A DNA stretch of 64,000 nt, taken from positions 6,365-70,364 of the forward strand of contig JAUCBJ010007025.1 of the NCBI GenBank assembly GCA_032718475.1. The letters run 5' to 3'. Below the pieces are notes generated by a model, which worked only from the letters and a program-made list of their open reading frames with translations, searched no databases and was not told the DNA's origin. Shown here one piece after another: positions 35,459-47,383 of the stretch (position 1 is the first letter of the stretch; every line of letters begins with the position of its first letter). Source of the stretch: Nemertoderma westbladi (lineage: Eukaryota > Animalia > Xenacoelomorpha). Both the position numbers and the translations under genes were made by a program.

Positions 35459-36148
35459 TCAATTCTTTTTTAATGGGAGTTTGGAGAATGCATTGAGATG
35501 GCTCAACATCATCTCTAGAGACTTTGTCTGCCCTACCAAATTCTCCTCGAGTTGAACCAAAGAGTTACTGAGTCGGGAGTCATCTGATTCCATAACGGTT
35601 AAAAGTTCTAGGTGTCTCTCACATTTACGGGATATTGAAGCTGTTTGGTCTCGATGAGTGTTAACTAAAAGTTTAAGGGCCCGTCTTAAACCGGAGTTAT
35701 GGCGTACTGGAGACTTCCTTTCTGGGCTTTCTGACTCATTATGTTTGTGCGTTTGATGGCCAGTAGATGGCGCTACTTTGGGTACATGTGGAGGTATATC
35801 GTTTTCGTTGTAAGCCGATACTTTATATCCTTCTGTGTTGGGTTTTATTGGTCTTTCGTCGTAATGGAGGGGTGTGGCCGCGTGTGGCGTTGTGTGTGGC
35901 TCAGTGGCGCCGTGTGGCAGCCAATGTGGCGGCGCGTGAGGCTCCGTGTACCACTGCTGGGTGTGTGAGTGCTGTGGCCATTGGTGTGGCTGGGTGGCGG
36001 TACTCTCTGGCGTTCTCTGTGGCAGGGATGTGGTGCTGGATGTGGCAGCCCAGTGGCTTTGAGCCACAGTATCGTCGTATTTCTTGTAGGCTGACTCCCT
36101 GTGGTGGAATTCCGAGTGGCCGGGCTGTGGAGAAAAAGTGGTACGCAT
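35459..36148 (-). other. Unassigned 229-aa ORF (His/Pro/Thr-rich, C-terminal coiled-coil-like)
   Basis: GC-richer open frame in AT-rich flanks; no recognised domain. Confidence 0.3.
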
Positions 36149-36279
36149 ATTAGTAAAAAATTATGATTTTACTTAACTTTAATTAACTCTGCCGAGGCTA
36201 TCGCTTAAATTAGAAATATTAAATCAAAGAGAAGTATGTCGTTTGAGGATGAGAAAATAATATTAGTGGCAATCAAAAA

Positions 36280-36850
36280 ATGATATTCATGTCCATTAGG
36301 GATCTAGTTGAATCACGAAAGGAAACCATAGAGGCAAAGAACACCCTATTAGCGATATACTGTCTGCATACAGTCTGCAACTACAATGGGCGAATTTTAT
36401 ACACATTATTTATTGATTTTAGAAAAGCATTCGATATGGTTTTTGGTTATGCCCAACTTCTTTCTAAAATTCACCGGTTAGGAATACATGGTAAAACTTT
36501 TGACTTAATTAAGGATTTTTATTTAACAATTCAATTAGAATATTTGATCGATTTGAGCCTGTCCGCTGAGGCGATTCGACAACTACGGGGAATTTTACAG
36601 GGGGATTGTCTGTCACCGCTTATCTGTTAAACTACTAAGGTTTATATTACTTGTGGATGATCTAGTGATTTACTCGAGAAACAGGGACGATATACAACAG
36701 AGTTTGAATGCTCTTCGACAATTGTGTTTATTGATTAAATAGCATGGAAATTAATCTGGTAAAAACAAAAGTTGTTAAATTCTGAAAGATGGTCGTTCAT
36801 CTGTCAAAGCAAGACAAAGTTATCTACATCGGGAAAGCAGTGAATATAGC
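36280..36850 (+). pseudogene. Decayed LINE reverse transcriptase fragment
   Basis: FIDFRKAFD, GIHGK, GILQGDCLSP, then VDDLVIYS out of frame. Confidence 0.8.
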
Positions 36851-37176
36851 AAATTTTTTGCAATCTGTTAATTCAATGGGGAAGTGGAAACATGTGTGGC
36901 ATGTTTATCTGTCTGACCACAACTCTAATTTTCGAGGATAAAAAGTGAAGAAAAGTTAGAGTTGTTTATGTTATTGTTAAAAAGTGAAAAAAATGACAGC
37001 ATTACTGACGAATGTATATATGTGGGGCTGCGCATTAACAATGGAGTGACATGAGTTCAAGTATAGTGTATGTATATTATAAGTAGAGCAAACCATGCAT
37101 TAGGCCTAGACAGCTAGATGATAGGGCAGTACAGAAGGCAGTATGATTACTGGAATACTAAGCATACTTACGTCCC

Positions 37177-37375
37177 GGTTTCCTAGGCTGCCAAGCAGCG
37201 AAAAGCGTTGTTAAGCAACGATATAAACAACTGAGTTTGTGTTATGAACTAAGTACGCCTAAAACAAACTGTCACCGCACAGCGGTGAAAAAAAAACGGT
37301 TTTCCTAGGCTGCCGAGCAACGAAAAGCGTTGTTAAGCAACGATATAAACAAATGAATTTGTGGCATGAACTAAA
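37177..37375. repeat. Tandem duplication (period about 122 bp)
   Basis: ttcctaggctgcc..aaaagcgttgttaagcaacgatataaacaa occurs twice. Confidence 0.8.
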
Positions 37376-37449
37376 TAAATGGTTACATAATTTGTATTAT
37401 TGGGCCATGTAAAATGGAGTTGCGTTTGGGTATGAATTGTCTACATGTA

Positions 37450-40400
37450 TTATTTCGGGAAACCATAGTATTGAGGGGGTCGGACTGTGCGTCCGGAACA
37501 AGTGGCTGGTTTCGGCGGTTGGATCGGGGTCTCGGGGGTTGGTGAAGCGATCTCGGCCCAGGTCGGGGGTACTTCCGGGGGCGGAGTCGCTGGTTCCGGT
37601 ACATTTAGTGGCGCGGTGGGCGGACTCGGAGTCGGTGTGGTGGCCCCTCCTTCCGAGGTGGTGCGGGGTCGGAGGAAGACTCGGTTGCGTCGGAGTATGC
37701 TACCACTCTCCTGGTGGACCATGTAGTCGTGGTTCGGGAGCGCTTCGATGACTACGCCTTGGCCCGTCCAATGCTTGGTGATGGTATTCTGGACGAGGAC
37801 GGATGTCCCTATGGATATAATATGGAGGGGCCGAGTGCGGAGGTCGTAGGCCGCACGTAGGCTGCGTTTGAATTTTTCGGCGACCTCGTCCAGTTGCTGG
37901 AAGCTCCTCCTCCATTTGGGGTCGAATGAGGAGGAATGTGCCGGCAGGGCTTCCCGTATGTTGCGCCCATACAGTAGTTCTGCAGGCGAGCGCCAGCCGT
38001 ATCGCGGCATATTCCGAAACGCGAGTATACCTTGCGCGATTCCGTCGACATCGTGGTTGGTCCCTCGAACGATTCGTTTCATCGCTTTCACGGCGGCTTC
38101 GGCACGGCCGTTGGTGCGGGGAGGTATGGAGACGATGGGTCGAAGTGGACCCCCCAGTTTTTGAGGAAGGTCCTCACCGCCTCTGAACCGAACTGGGGCC
38201 GCCGTCGGGATGGAACTCCTGGGGGACGGCGGTAGCTAGAAATAGATGTCGGAGGTTCATGATGATGGCAGCAAAAGTTGTATCAGAACCAAGTCGGAAC
38301 AAAGTGGGCCAACCAGTGTATTCGTCGGTAGCAACCATGTAGTTCGTGCTGTCCGCCACGAATAGGTCGGCGTGGACCCTTTGGAACAGCCGAGTGGCCT
38401 CGGGGTGCCGTTGGAGGGGTTCCGGTGCTTGGGACGGTAGTGACGACTGACAGGATTGGCAGCTATCGATGGCGACCGCAATGTCGTTCGAAATGGTCGG
38501 CCACCAGACCGACCGACTTGCGCGCTCACGGGTCTTGTTGAGGCCCTGGTGGGCGGCGTGGAGTAGTTGGAGGGTGTTTGAACGGAGTTCCTTCAGGATG
38601 TAGATCTGCGGCCCGTGGAGGATGATGCCATGTAGGGTCGCAGGTCGTCGTTGGTAATGTTATGACGTGACGTCAGCCAGCTGTCCCGGATCGTGGCGAG
38701 GAGAGCCGAGTAGATTGGGTCGACGGCGCCGGCGGCTCGGATTTCGTCGAGTCGGGCGTCGCAGGCGTCGAGTGTCTGCGCTGTCTCAGCGAGAGCCGCC
38801 GAGATGATGAACTCGTGGTTGTTGTTGTCATCGGCCGCGAGGACGAGGTCGTCCGGAGTGGGTTTATTTCGCGGCGAGCGGGAGAATGCGTCGGCGACGA
38901 GGTGCCGGGATCCTTTCTGATGGCGGGCAGTGAAGTTAAACCGCGATAGAGCCGTTTTTAATTTTAAGAGACGGTCATTTGAGACCTGGCCGAGCCGTCT
39001 ATCATTCAGGATGGGTATGAGGGGGCTACAGTCTGTGACGAGGTCGAAGTGGTTTAGCCCATCCAGGAAGTAGCGGCACTTGTGTGCCACCCAGGCCGCT
39101 CCGAGGGCCTCCAGTTCGGCCATCCTGGACCAGTTAGCCTCGTGTTTGGCGAGGGTCCGAGAGCCGCACTGGATGGTCAGCCAGCAGTTTGGAGTCGGGT
39201 CGCATTGGCGTAGGAGGAATCGAAGGCCATTGAGTCGAGAGGCGTCTGTCAGCAGTTCGGTTTTCCTGTCGGGGTGGAAGCCAGAGAGGTAGAGTGGGCT
39301 AGACAGCGCTGATCAGGTGGACTCGAAGGCGGTCTGGTGTTGCGGCAGCCAAACCCAGGTGGTGCGGTCCGTATTGAGGCTGCGCAGTGGCTCGATGAGT
39401 TGGGAAATCTCCGGAGTCAAGTTTCCCAACTGTTGTGCGAGGCCGAGGAAGGACCGAAGTTCGGGACGGTTGGTTGGAACTGGAAAGTTACGGAGGTCAT
39501 CAGTGAGGGATGGGTCGATCCGGTAGTTGCCGTGACTGACGAGGTAGCCTCCGAAGCGGACTTCGGGGCGGCAGTATTGGACCTTGTCCGTGTTTATAGA
39601 TATGTTGGCAGCGTCGCAGGCGGCTAGAACGCGAGCAACTGCTTCCGGGTGTTGTTTGGCTGTCTCCGTGTGGATGATGACATCCTCCACGATCCGTCCG
39701 ATGTCGGGGATCCCATGGAGTGCTCGGGCCATCCTCGCGTTGAACAAAATCCGAGCTTCCGTGCCACCCCATGGGCATCCGCCGGTAGCGGAAACGGCCA
39801 CGTGGGGTGGCGAAGGTAGTGAGGCGGCGGCTGGCAAGGTCAAGACCCACCTTGTGGAAGCCCTTCAGGCCATCGAGGACGGTAAAGTACCGGGCCGAGG
39901 TTGGGATTTTGGAAACGACGTGGAATGGGGAGTTGGAGAAGTAGCTCGGGCGAACCGTAGCTTTATTAAGTTCGCGCAGATCGACCGTTATGCGAACTTT
40001 GTTGGGGTCGCTCTTTTTGCGTGTAACGACCATCGGGCTGAGCCACTCGCCCGGGTTATTCTCGTCTCCGGCGGGTTCCAGTATACCCATAGCGATCTGG
40101 GTGTCGAGTTCCTGGTTGAATGCCGCCTCCATGTTGACGAGGATGGTTCAATTAGTGTAGCATTGGTTAGGTCAGGCACCAGGGATGAGTTTGATTGTTA
40201 TTTCCCCGCCGGTCATTATGCGACACTGCCCTGAGAGTGGGCGGGGAAAGCGGCGTTCGAGTGCTTCCCAGTCGGCTTTGACGGACGCCACTGGGGGTAT
40301 GGTGGTGGCATGTGGAACGGTAGAGGGGGGCGGGGGGGGTGGCCGGCGTTATCGGGGCGATGGCTGGCCCAGTCGGCGCCGTATTATTGGTGGCTTTGGT

Positions 40401-41349
40401 TGGTAACGGCGTTGCAGTGGGCTTGGTTTGCTCTGAATATGAGTAGTTCGTTGTCGCCGTGAGGTCGCCACCGCGGAGTATCGGGCTCTGCAGGATGCCT
40501 AAGGTGAAGCACGCCCGTCGGGAGAGGAGAGGCTGTTGGAGTCCATCGAGAACCCACAGGTCTGTAGTGCAGACAGTTCCGAGGGTGGCGCATCGAAGTG
40601 TGGCGTTAAATATGCCTTTAAGCGACCACCCATCGCGGCTCCCATTGGCAAGGCGGGGGACCTGGGGGGTATCGGAGTCTCGGTGGTTCGTCATTGGTTC
40701 GCCATCGGGGTGGCGGAGGTTCTCGAGGCGACCACCAAACGCCCTGAAGGTCCGCCATGGGATAGTGGACACATTAGCTCCTGAATCGGGCAGGAATTGG
40801 AGTTCAGGGATTCCGTGTGAGGGGTTCTTGGTGACCTGGAATCCGATGGTCACTGTCTCTAGGGATTCGAGTCTCTCGGTGGCGGAGACGGCTGGGATGG
40901 CTCCAAAGTCGAATCCCTCCAGGATTGTCGACCATATTTGGGCGTGACTGGCAGACTCTGGGGCATTCCGGGCATTGTCTGGTACCCAATCGGTTGAGTT
41001 TGTCTTTGGGTTGTGAGTGGGGCGGTTGCGGCACATGCGGTCGTAGTGGCCTACCAGGTTGCAGTGCCGGCAGTGCACCGCAGCACCCGGGCAACGTTTG
41101 CCTGCCAGGTGAGGGGGGTATCCACATTGCGGGCACTTCGAGTTCGACCATTCCTTGGGCGGTGGCTGCGTGCATCGCGGTGTCGCTCCGATGCGACTGG
41201 TGACTGCAGAAGGAATGGGCGAGGGGGGGCAAGGGATGCCACGTCTTTGCGGACTGCCCAGACGGCTTGTGCTAGTCGGAGTGCATCGCCAAGGGTGGAG
41301 TCGTTAGGAAGCCGAAGAAGTTGCTCGGTAACCTCCTTATCGACGAATC
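37450..41349 (-). mobile_element. Frameshifted, GC-rich Mag-like Gypsy element: gag C-terminus, PR, RT, RNase H, IN; truncated in gag by the BEL LTR
   Basis: CRHCNLVGHYDRMC; FLPDSGA; WLSPMVV..RITVDLRELN; LRSFLGL; TDAS; VADAFSR; D..GP; SPAELLYGR; LRRNR. Confidence 0.88.
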
Positions 41350-42549
41350 TGTTCGCGCTTTCAGACCTTTGGCAGTTTAACCCGCCAAATTAGGATGTCT
41401 TTATATAATAAATCACTTTTAGCCTATGACAAGTATTTGATTCACTACACTAGTCGAAACCAATCTGTGCGCGATCATTCACCCGCTGGATATACCCGGG
41501 AGATTGGGTTCGACGGCTTAATCTTATTGCTATGTAAGCCTAATGTATTATTCGATTGACAGTATTATATAATCTCTGACAATATTATTCACCTTCAGGG
41601 AATATTAACAGTTCCTTTAGGACGTGGCGCTCTATCTATATAAACAGAGTTATGACTTGAACTACTCACAACGATATGGCTTAGTTATAATTCACATATA
41701 TGGCGCATTCTTTAGGAAATGCTTCGTTATCAGTCTCACTCATACACAATGCTGCACAATACTGCACACTAATCTGCCGATCTTCACTGATTTTATTCAC
41801 ATATAAAAGGAACACGGACCGACTCATGTAGGGTCTATCAAATAACATTAGATTCACTTCAAACCACTTTAACATAAGTCACAATCGTTATATATAACCT
41901 TTCTCTCTTACCTTCGGTATATCAAGAATATTGGGTTTCGGGGTTATTTATCGTTATTCCAAATATAATAATTCATCAACCATATTATGAAGGACCGACA
42001 GTAAATAGCAGTATAACAATATAAAGTATGCACAGTGTTTGATTAGGTATGGTATGTTATGATTTGAGTTGAGATAACGGATATATGTCCTTATAATTAA
42101 GCCTACTAGTGTTAGGCTAAAAACAGAACAGCACAAAATATTTCCAAGCCGCTCTCTCCTGGCTCAGGACAGAATGTAAACACTGCACATAAAGCATTAC
42201 GTGATTTCTAGGAAATTTCTCTACAAGAGCCATAAAAATGCTCTGATTGGCTGACTGAACTGAGAGACGCCGTAGAACAAAGAAAATCAACACGTATGAA
42301 TATCAGCTGTTAACCGTAGTCATAGTAACTACTGTTCAAGAGTAGCTATCACCCTTTGCGTCATGGAATTGCCATAGAATCATCAACTATGCCTTTCACA
42401 GTACACATACGGAGGAAATAGGTCTTAGATCCTCTAAAAAACACCGATACAGCAATAATACGGTCTCTTACACCTATTAAATCAACTACAGAGTATTTTA
42501 ATGTAAAAGATAATAAAAATAACGGGGCAATTCAGCAAAGGCTTTTACA
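41350..42549 (-). repeat. BEL 3' LTR (1200 bp)
   Basis: TGTAAAAGC...GCGCGAACA, preceded by a purine tract. Confidence 0.93.
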
Positions 42550-42627
42550 CCGCTCCCAGAAAATGGGATTTTCAGTCTAAAAAATATAAAAATCACAGTT
42601 TCTAAAACCTAAAGATACTCTAAACAG

Positions 42628-45600
42628 TTAGTCTTTCTTACGCGGACGGCGTTTACGCAGTTTCTTGAGGCTAGCAAGAGTCCTTTTCTCTTTGGGGCGA
42701 GCCACTTTACGAGGAGGGCTGTAGCTCCTAGGCGAAGGGTGCAATACAATTGCATCAGAAGGTGTAGGGTTACGATCGGTATACCCGCCGGTCGAAGTGC
42801 CTGGTTGATTAATATCAACCTCGGGGGAGCGAGGTCTAACGGCCTTTAGGGCGCGTCTCAGGACAGCAGCTCCTACGGGTCCTTGACGGGTCGTCTGGAC
42901 ACTAGCGGTGGGTGGACCGTGAGTGGTGAGGAACTTTCTCGGTTTAATGGTTCTCTCCAGCTCGCGTTCTCGGGTTCGATATTCATATGGTCGCCGAGAT
43001 ACTTCTTGTAGTTCAGGATGCGAGTTCACAAAGATGTCGCCATACTCGGGGTCCTGACGGATAAAATTGATCAGGTGATATGTGGTTATATCATTAGGGT
43101 TAACGTTTCTAAGGTATTTTCTGACAAACTTGGTGGAAATACACTCACCAACACGCTTCATTAACTCGTAACTTGGTACGCGTGTTTTCTGTTCAATCGA
43201 CGCGAATAGATAAGGATGGAACGCGTAAACTCCCTCGTAAGCTCGTCCAGGGTAATAGCGATGTCGAGATTCGCAATGTAAATCCGCGTTCGCTTCCCAA
43301 GCTCGGATGTATCGCAGGGTGATTATCTCGTCTACGCTCTCTAAATCGCGATTAAAGGGACAATTGTAACTTTCATGTCCTTTAAGTTGACAGTAGTGAC
43401 ATTGAGTCATAAATTGTGGGCAGACGGCAAAGATATGAGAGTTATTAAGTCTGCAATAAGCACAATATATTTCCATCATCGGTTGTTCGAGGAAATAGGA
43501 ACAAGGTACGCTCGAGTCTAGAGGGGTGAAGTGGTCTCTCGATGCGCATAATCGACAACGTTTTCGAGAAACGTAGTTGGCGTGTCGATAATCGTACGCT
43601 GTGAGACGTTGTGGACCTTGATACCATTCTATGACATAATCATTGTCACTGCTCCGGGAAGTTGTAGGCTGAATCGCTTCTGATTCCAAGCACACTGGTT
43701 CATCCTCCAGCTGTATAGACGAAGTGGGTGCGTCTGTCTCAGTAAGTGGATCTACTGTCTGTATTTCCACGATAGAATAACCTGTAGGTATTCGGGGTCT
43801 TTGTATAACAGATGAATGTAAGTTCTGTATACATACGTCTTGAAACACGGCAAATCCAGCGCTACTCAGTTTCTCCGCAGCTGAGTCTCTCAGACTGAGT
43901 TTGGTCAGCGCGCGGTCCTTGAACTGACTATCGACGTTACGGAACGGAGTCAGAAAGCGCCGGAAACATTCGAAACGTATGAACTTATTGTGTTCGTCTA
44001 ACTTGGCGAGTTTAGTTCCAAGTATTAATGGATGAGCGCGTATGGTACGACTGCACACATCGGCTAGCCAACCGGCAAGTGCTGCGTTTTCAAAGATCGT
44101 GTATATAGCTAAGGAAGGGCGAAGTGGAACACTCATAAAGCTATATACGGCACCAGGCGCAGTTAATGGTCCATCAAAATATAAACGAGAGTAATGATCT
44201 CCATATACTTGCTGGTAATTGATAGGATTTCCAACTTTGAAGTTCCATCCATATTCTTGAAAGGCAAGATGTCCGATGGATGTCCGTTGTACTTTAGTAA
44301 TGTCGCTGGGTGTATTGGCATACATAGTGCGAAAGAAACCTCGGCCTTCGGCCCAAGGAGCAATCAGCTGAGTATCAACGAAAGGGTATGGAATGTTTTC
44401 CATATTCCGGAAGTCGTTTTGGAGATCTCCATAAACAGCTGAGCCGATTTTTAGGATTCTTTCGTTAAACAACATTTCGAGCACAGGTTGGGGTAACATT
44501 GATCCATCGATACCCATGGCCGGTTTGCGCTCGGTGTCGGTGACGTAACGCTGCGCGAGCTCGAATTGTCCATGTCGAAGTTTCTTTTGTGTCTCCGTAA
44601 GGGTTTCAAAAGAATAATCAATCACGTCGGAACACGCTCGAGTGAATACGTGGGTAGAACCAGCGAGTCCTCGTATATGTATCATTCGCGTAGTTCCTAG
44701 TTCTCCCACCGGAACGCTACCTTCGTTGTCATAAGTAACAACGCCATACATCTCGATAACGTTAAGAGTCTCGTTCCATTCTTTAGTGGCGTTTTCGAGA
44801 GTCATTCCCACTGGATGCCACAAAGTAGCGCATTCGCTAGCATTGGGTAAATCTCTATACTTTAAGCATTGTGTAGTATAGGTTTCCACATCTCCATATC
44901 GTTTTATTCTTTCTTCCTCGAATAACACGTCAAGATTCCAGTGTACCAATCGAGTTTTAATGAATCCATCAAGATTGTACGGAGGTAATATTTCTTTCTC
45001 TATTCTGGAAATATTATACGGTTTTCGAAATGAGTTTAGTTTAACTAGCTGATCTAGATGTTTTTGTAGTTGTTCGAGTTCGACGAGGTCGAGAGGATTG
45101 ATCAATGGTAGAAACTTCAGACTATGCGTAGGATCTTCTGGTTTTACCATGTAATATTGCTTTAAATTGACGTAATAAGGATGATCCTTAATTCCATAAA
45201 ATGAGTCCGGCAAAGGTCTAGCGCGTATGTTAACATCGTGTACCATGCGACGGACAAGATCCGCTCTATTGTCCGGAGGCTCAACAAGTACACCATCGAC
45301 ACGAGCAGCCGCTATGGGTGGACGTTGTATCATAGGAGCGTCAGCAATGAGCTCGTGAGATCTGAGATCAGTATTAACCGGTTGAGGCTGTACCGTAGCA
45401 AAGAGCTTGTCTTTAAAATGAGGAACCATCGAGGGGTGGAGGATCGTTTTGGAATAGAGATCCGTCACGAGAATTTGAGTTTCTGGTTGGGCTAAAGCAG
45501 CTTCTTCCCTCTCAGTCAGCTCTATATGTCTCTCCTCGAGCTGATTTTCCTCAGCTTGTTGTTGCAAGCGCTCGTCCAGGAATTCCTGTAAGGAGTAGGT

Positions 45601-46881
45601 TCGTCCACGTTCGATGTCCTCCTCTAGATTCTGTATTTCTCTATCGAACTGGGGCAAAGCTAGTTCTTTCACCGCTTGGACTTGTTGTTGCAATTTACGT
45701 TTCTCCAAGCAATCGTAAGTTCCTTTTCCGATTTTCTGCCGAATAGCGTCCAATGCATTTCGTATCACGCTCTCTTCGACTTCTGTTACAGGTTGTATCG
45801 GAGGGAGGCCAGGACGGTTGTAGGGGTTAAACGGTGATATTAGATGACCGCGTCCTAGTCCAGCGAGGTAAGGTTGGCGAATATCTAACGAACCCACTAC
45901 CGGAGTGCCACCAATCAACTGTTCAGGTAACACTAGATCTTTGAACAGTGAGTATAGCTCGGGAGGATCCGTAATACTATTAGGATCGAGAGTTTGAGGT
46001 ATCACTTGGGAATGAGGAGGTCTGACCGAGTATTCCGGAACTCTGATCATGGGTTTGTTCAATGATCGTTTAAGGCGCGCGACCGTAGGTGATACGTCGA
46101 AAAGGTTTCGCTCGAAACTCCCATAAGTATATCGCGTAAAACTGTGTTTAGCGCAACGTCTCCGCGGATGTTTATGCCTTTCGATCTGCTGGTTAGGTCT
46201 AGGGCATTCGTCACAGTAATACCAAAGACGCATGTCTTGAAGGGGAAACGCGGGTGATCGCTCTCCAGTTTTACAATATTCCTCCATCTGTTCGAAGCTA
46301 TCTGGAACGACAGGGAGTGGTCGATCGGCGGTAAGATACATCATCGTAAAATAGAGCCGTTTGAGTTCCATCATAGGATCTGGATGTATACCTTGAGGAT
46401 ATCGAGTTTCGAGGTTTTGTTGACTAGCAACATTGAGATAGGTCTCTCTTAGGAATTCTAGATATTCGTTGAAGCTGCTACGTTTATCAGGTTCTTCAAC
46501 GTCTTCTCTTTCGAGTTTATTTCGAATAGAGTTCTCGTGTTCTATTCTCGATTTGTCGTTTCGACTCCGCTGGGTATGATATTTAAATAAAACCATTTCC
46601 CTTTCGGTGTCGACATCGTCGGTGTCGTGTAAATCAATAGGATGACCAGTAGTCAGGAAGTCCATATACGTACCATTACGATGCGTATAGCGAGCAGTGA
46701 ATTTTCTATAGTCCAATTCACGCGTAAGTTGCTCCTGGGACATTGGCAGTTCGATATAATGACCATCGTCCTCCGTAGTAGTTGGATCAGTGTCGCCGCG
46801 TATTAAGCTATCGACAAACGCTTGTAAAGGTAGAGTATATCTCTCCCTGATACCAAGATCATCTTCTATTAATTCAGTCAT
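42628..46881 (-). CDS. Accessory ORF3 (1417 aa): DEDD/DnaQ-like 3'-5' exonuclease-like domain, three CCHC zinc knuckles, basic C-terminal tail
   Basis: Intact 4.25-kb frame; VVTYDNEG (ExoI), LPQPVLEMLFNERILKIG..GDLQND (ExoII), FVDTQ, SIGHLA; CRLC..H..C, CAYC..H..CP, CHYCQLKGHESYNCP; KKLRKRRPRKKD. Confidence 0.85.
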   Translation of the reverse strand: MTELIEDDLGIRERYTLPLQAFVDSLIRGDTDPTTTEDDGHYIELPMSQEQLTRELDYRKFTARYTHRNGTYMDFLTTGHPIDLHDTDDVDTEREMVLFKYHTQRSRNDKSRIEHENSIRNKLEREDVEEPDKRSSFNEYLEFLRETYLNVASQQNLETRYPQGIHPDPMMELKRLYFTMMYLTADRPLPVVPDSFEQMEEYCKTGERSPAFPLQDMRLWYYCDECPRPNQQIERHKHPRRRCAKHSFTRYTYGSFERNLFDVSPTVARLKRSLNKPMIRVPEYSVRPPHSQVIPQTLDPNSITDPPELYSLFKDLVLPEQLIGGTPVVGSLDIRQPYLAGLGRGHLISPFNPYNRPGLPPIQPVTEVEESVIRNALDAIRQKIGKGTYDCLEKRKLQQQVQAVKELALPQFDREIQNLEEDIERGRTYSLQEFLDERLQQQAEENQLEERHIELTEREEAALAQPETQILVTDLYSKTILHPSMVPHFKDKLFATVQPQPVNTDLRSHELIADAPMIQRPPIAAARVDGVLVEPPDNRADLVRRMVHDVNIRARPLPDSFYGIKDHPYYVNLKQYYMVKPEDPTHSLKFLPLINPLDLVELEQLQKHLDQLVKLNSFRKPYNISRIEKEILPPYNLDGFIKTRLVHWNLDVLFEEERIKRYGDVETYTTQCLKYRDLPNASECATLWHPVGMTLENATKEWNETLNVIEMYGVVTYDNEGSVPVGELGTTRMIHIRGLAGSTHVFTRACSDVIDYSFETLTETQKKLRHGQFELAQRYVTDTERKPAMGIDGSMLPQPVLEMLFNERILKIGSAVYGDLQNDFRNMENIPYPFVDTQLIAPWAEGRGFFRTMYANTPSDITKVQRTSIGHLAFQEYGWNFKVGNPINYQQVYGDHYSRLYFDGPLTAPGAVYSFMSVPLRPSLAIYTIFENAALAGWLADVCSRTIRAHPLILGTKLAKLDEHNKFIRFECFRRFLTPFRNVDSQFKDRALTKLSLRDSAAEKLSSAGFAVFQDVCIQNLHSSVIQRPRIPTGYSIVEIQTVDPLTETDAPTSSIQLEDEPVCLESEAIQPTTSRSSDNDYVIEWYQGPQRLTAYDYRHANYVSRKRCRLCASRDHFTPLDSSVPCSYFLEQPMMEIYCAYCRLNNSHIFAVCPQFMTQCHYCQLKGHESYNCPFNRDLESVDEIITLRYIRAWEANADLHCESRHRYYPGRAYEGVYAFHPYLFASIEQKTRVPSYELMKRVGECISTKFVRKYLRNVNPNDITTYHLINFIRQDPEYGDIFVNSHPELQEVSRRPYEYRTRERELERTIKPRKFLTTHGPPTASVQTTRQGPVGAAVLRRALKAVRPRSPEVDINQPGTSTGGYTDRNPTPSDAIVLHPSPRSYSPPRKVARPKEKRTLASLKKLRKRRPRKKD

Positions 46882-47369
46882 ATCTGCTATACGAGTTCAC
46901 CAATATTATAATGAGTTTATATATTTATTAGGCGAGCGGGCGTCGCTGCCTACTTCTCCCTTGCCCCGGACAGTGTGATTCTCAGCGCCGATGTACCGCT
47001 GTCGCTGTACTTTCGCCAACGACGTAGCTGTACAACGACAACGATAACCGGCACAAGTCACTCCACTGTCCGTCCCAAAGGCTTAGATGTACTTCAGGTT
47101 TCCTTGGAGAGTTAGGTTACTTTCACGATTGCGACTAGCTACTGTAAACACACTTTAGCAGTAACATTCACCTATAAACTCACAAATACCACACAACTGG
47201 TCACAACGACGCACATTCGGGCCATTTGTCCGTTAGTCAATGCCTTCCAGAATGTCACTGTATTATTATGTATCCTTGGATACTAGCAGTGCACTGTTTA
47301 TTCCCTATGCTATTCAATGGGACAAGCTGTCTATTGTTCTTTTAACTCAATTCTAATTCTAGCGTGGTT

Positions 47370-47383
47370 GTTGCTATGGTGAC
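47370..47383 (-). promoter_or_regulatory. RFX X-box-like motif in the pol-ORF3 spacer
   Basis: GTCACCATAGCAAC about 490 bp upstream of the ORF3 ATG; identical at 1132-1145. Confidence 0.35.

Noticed and set aside
39630-39720. RT motif IVED instead of YxDD
   Set aside because: The element is frameshifted and decayed, so one copy cannot separate a natural variant from a mutation
42628-46881. ORF3 as an envelope gene
   Set aside because: No evident signal peptide or transmembrane anchor; it has exonuclease and zinc-knuckle motifs instead
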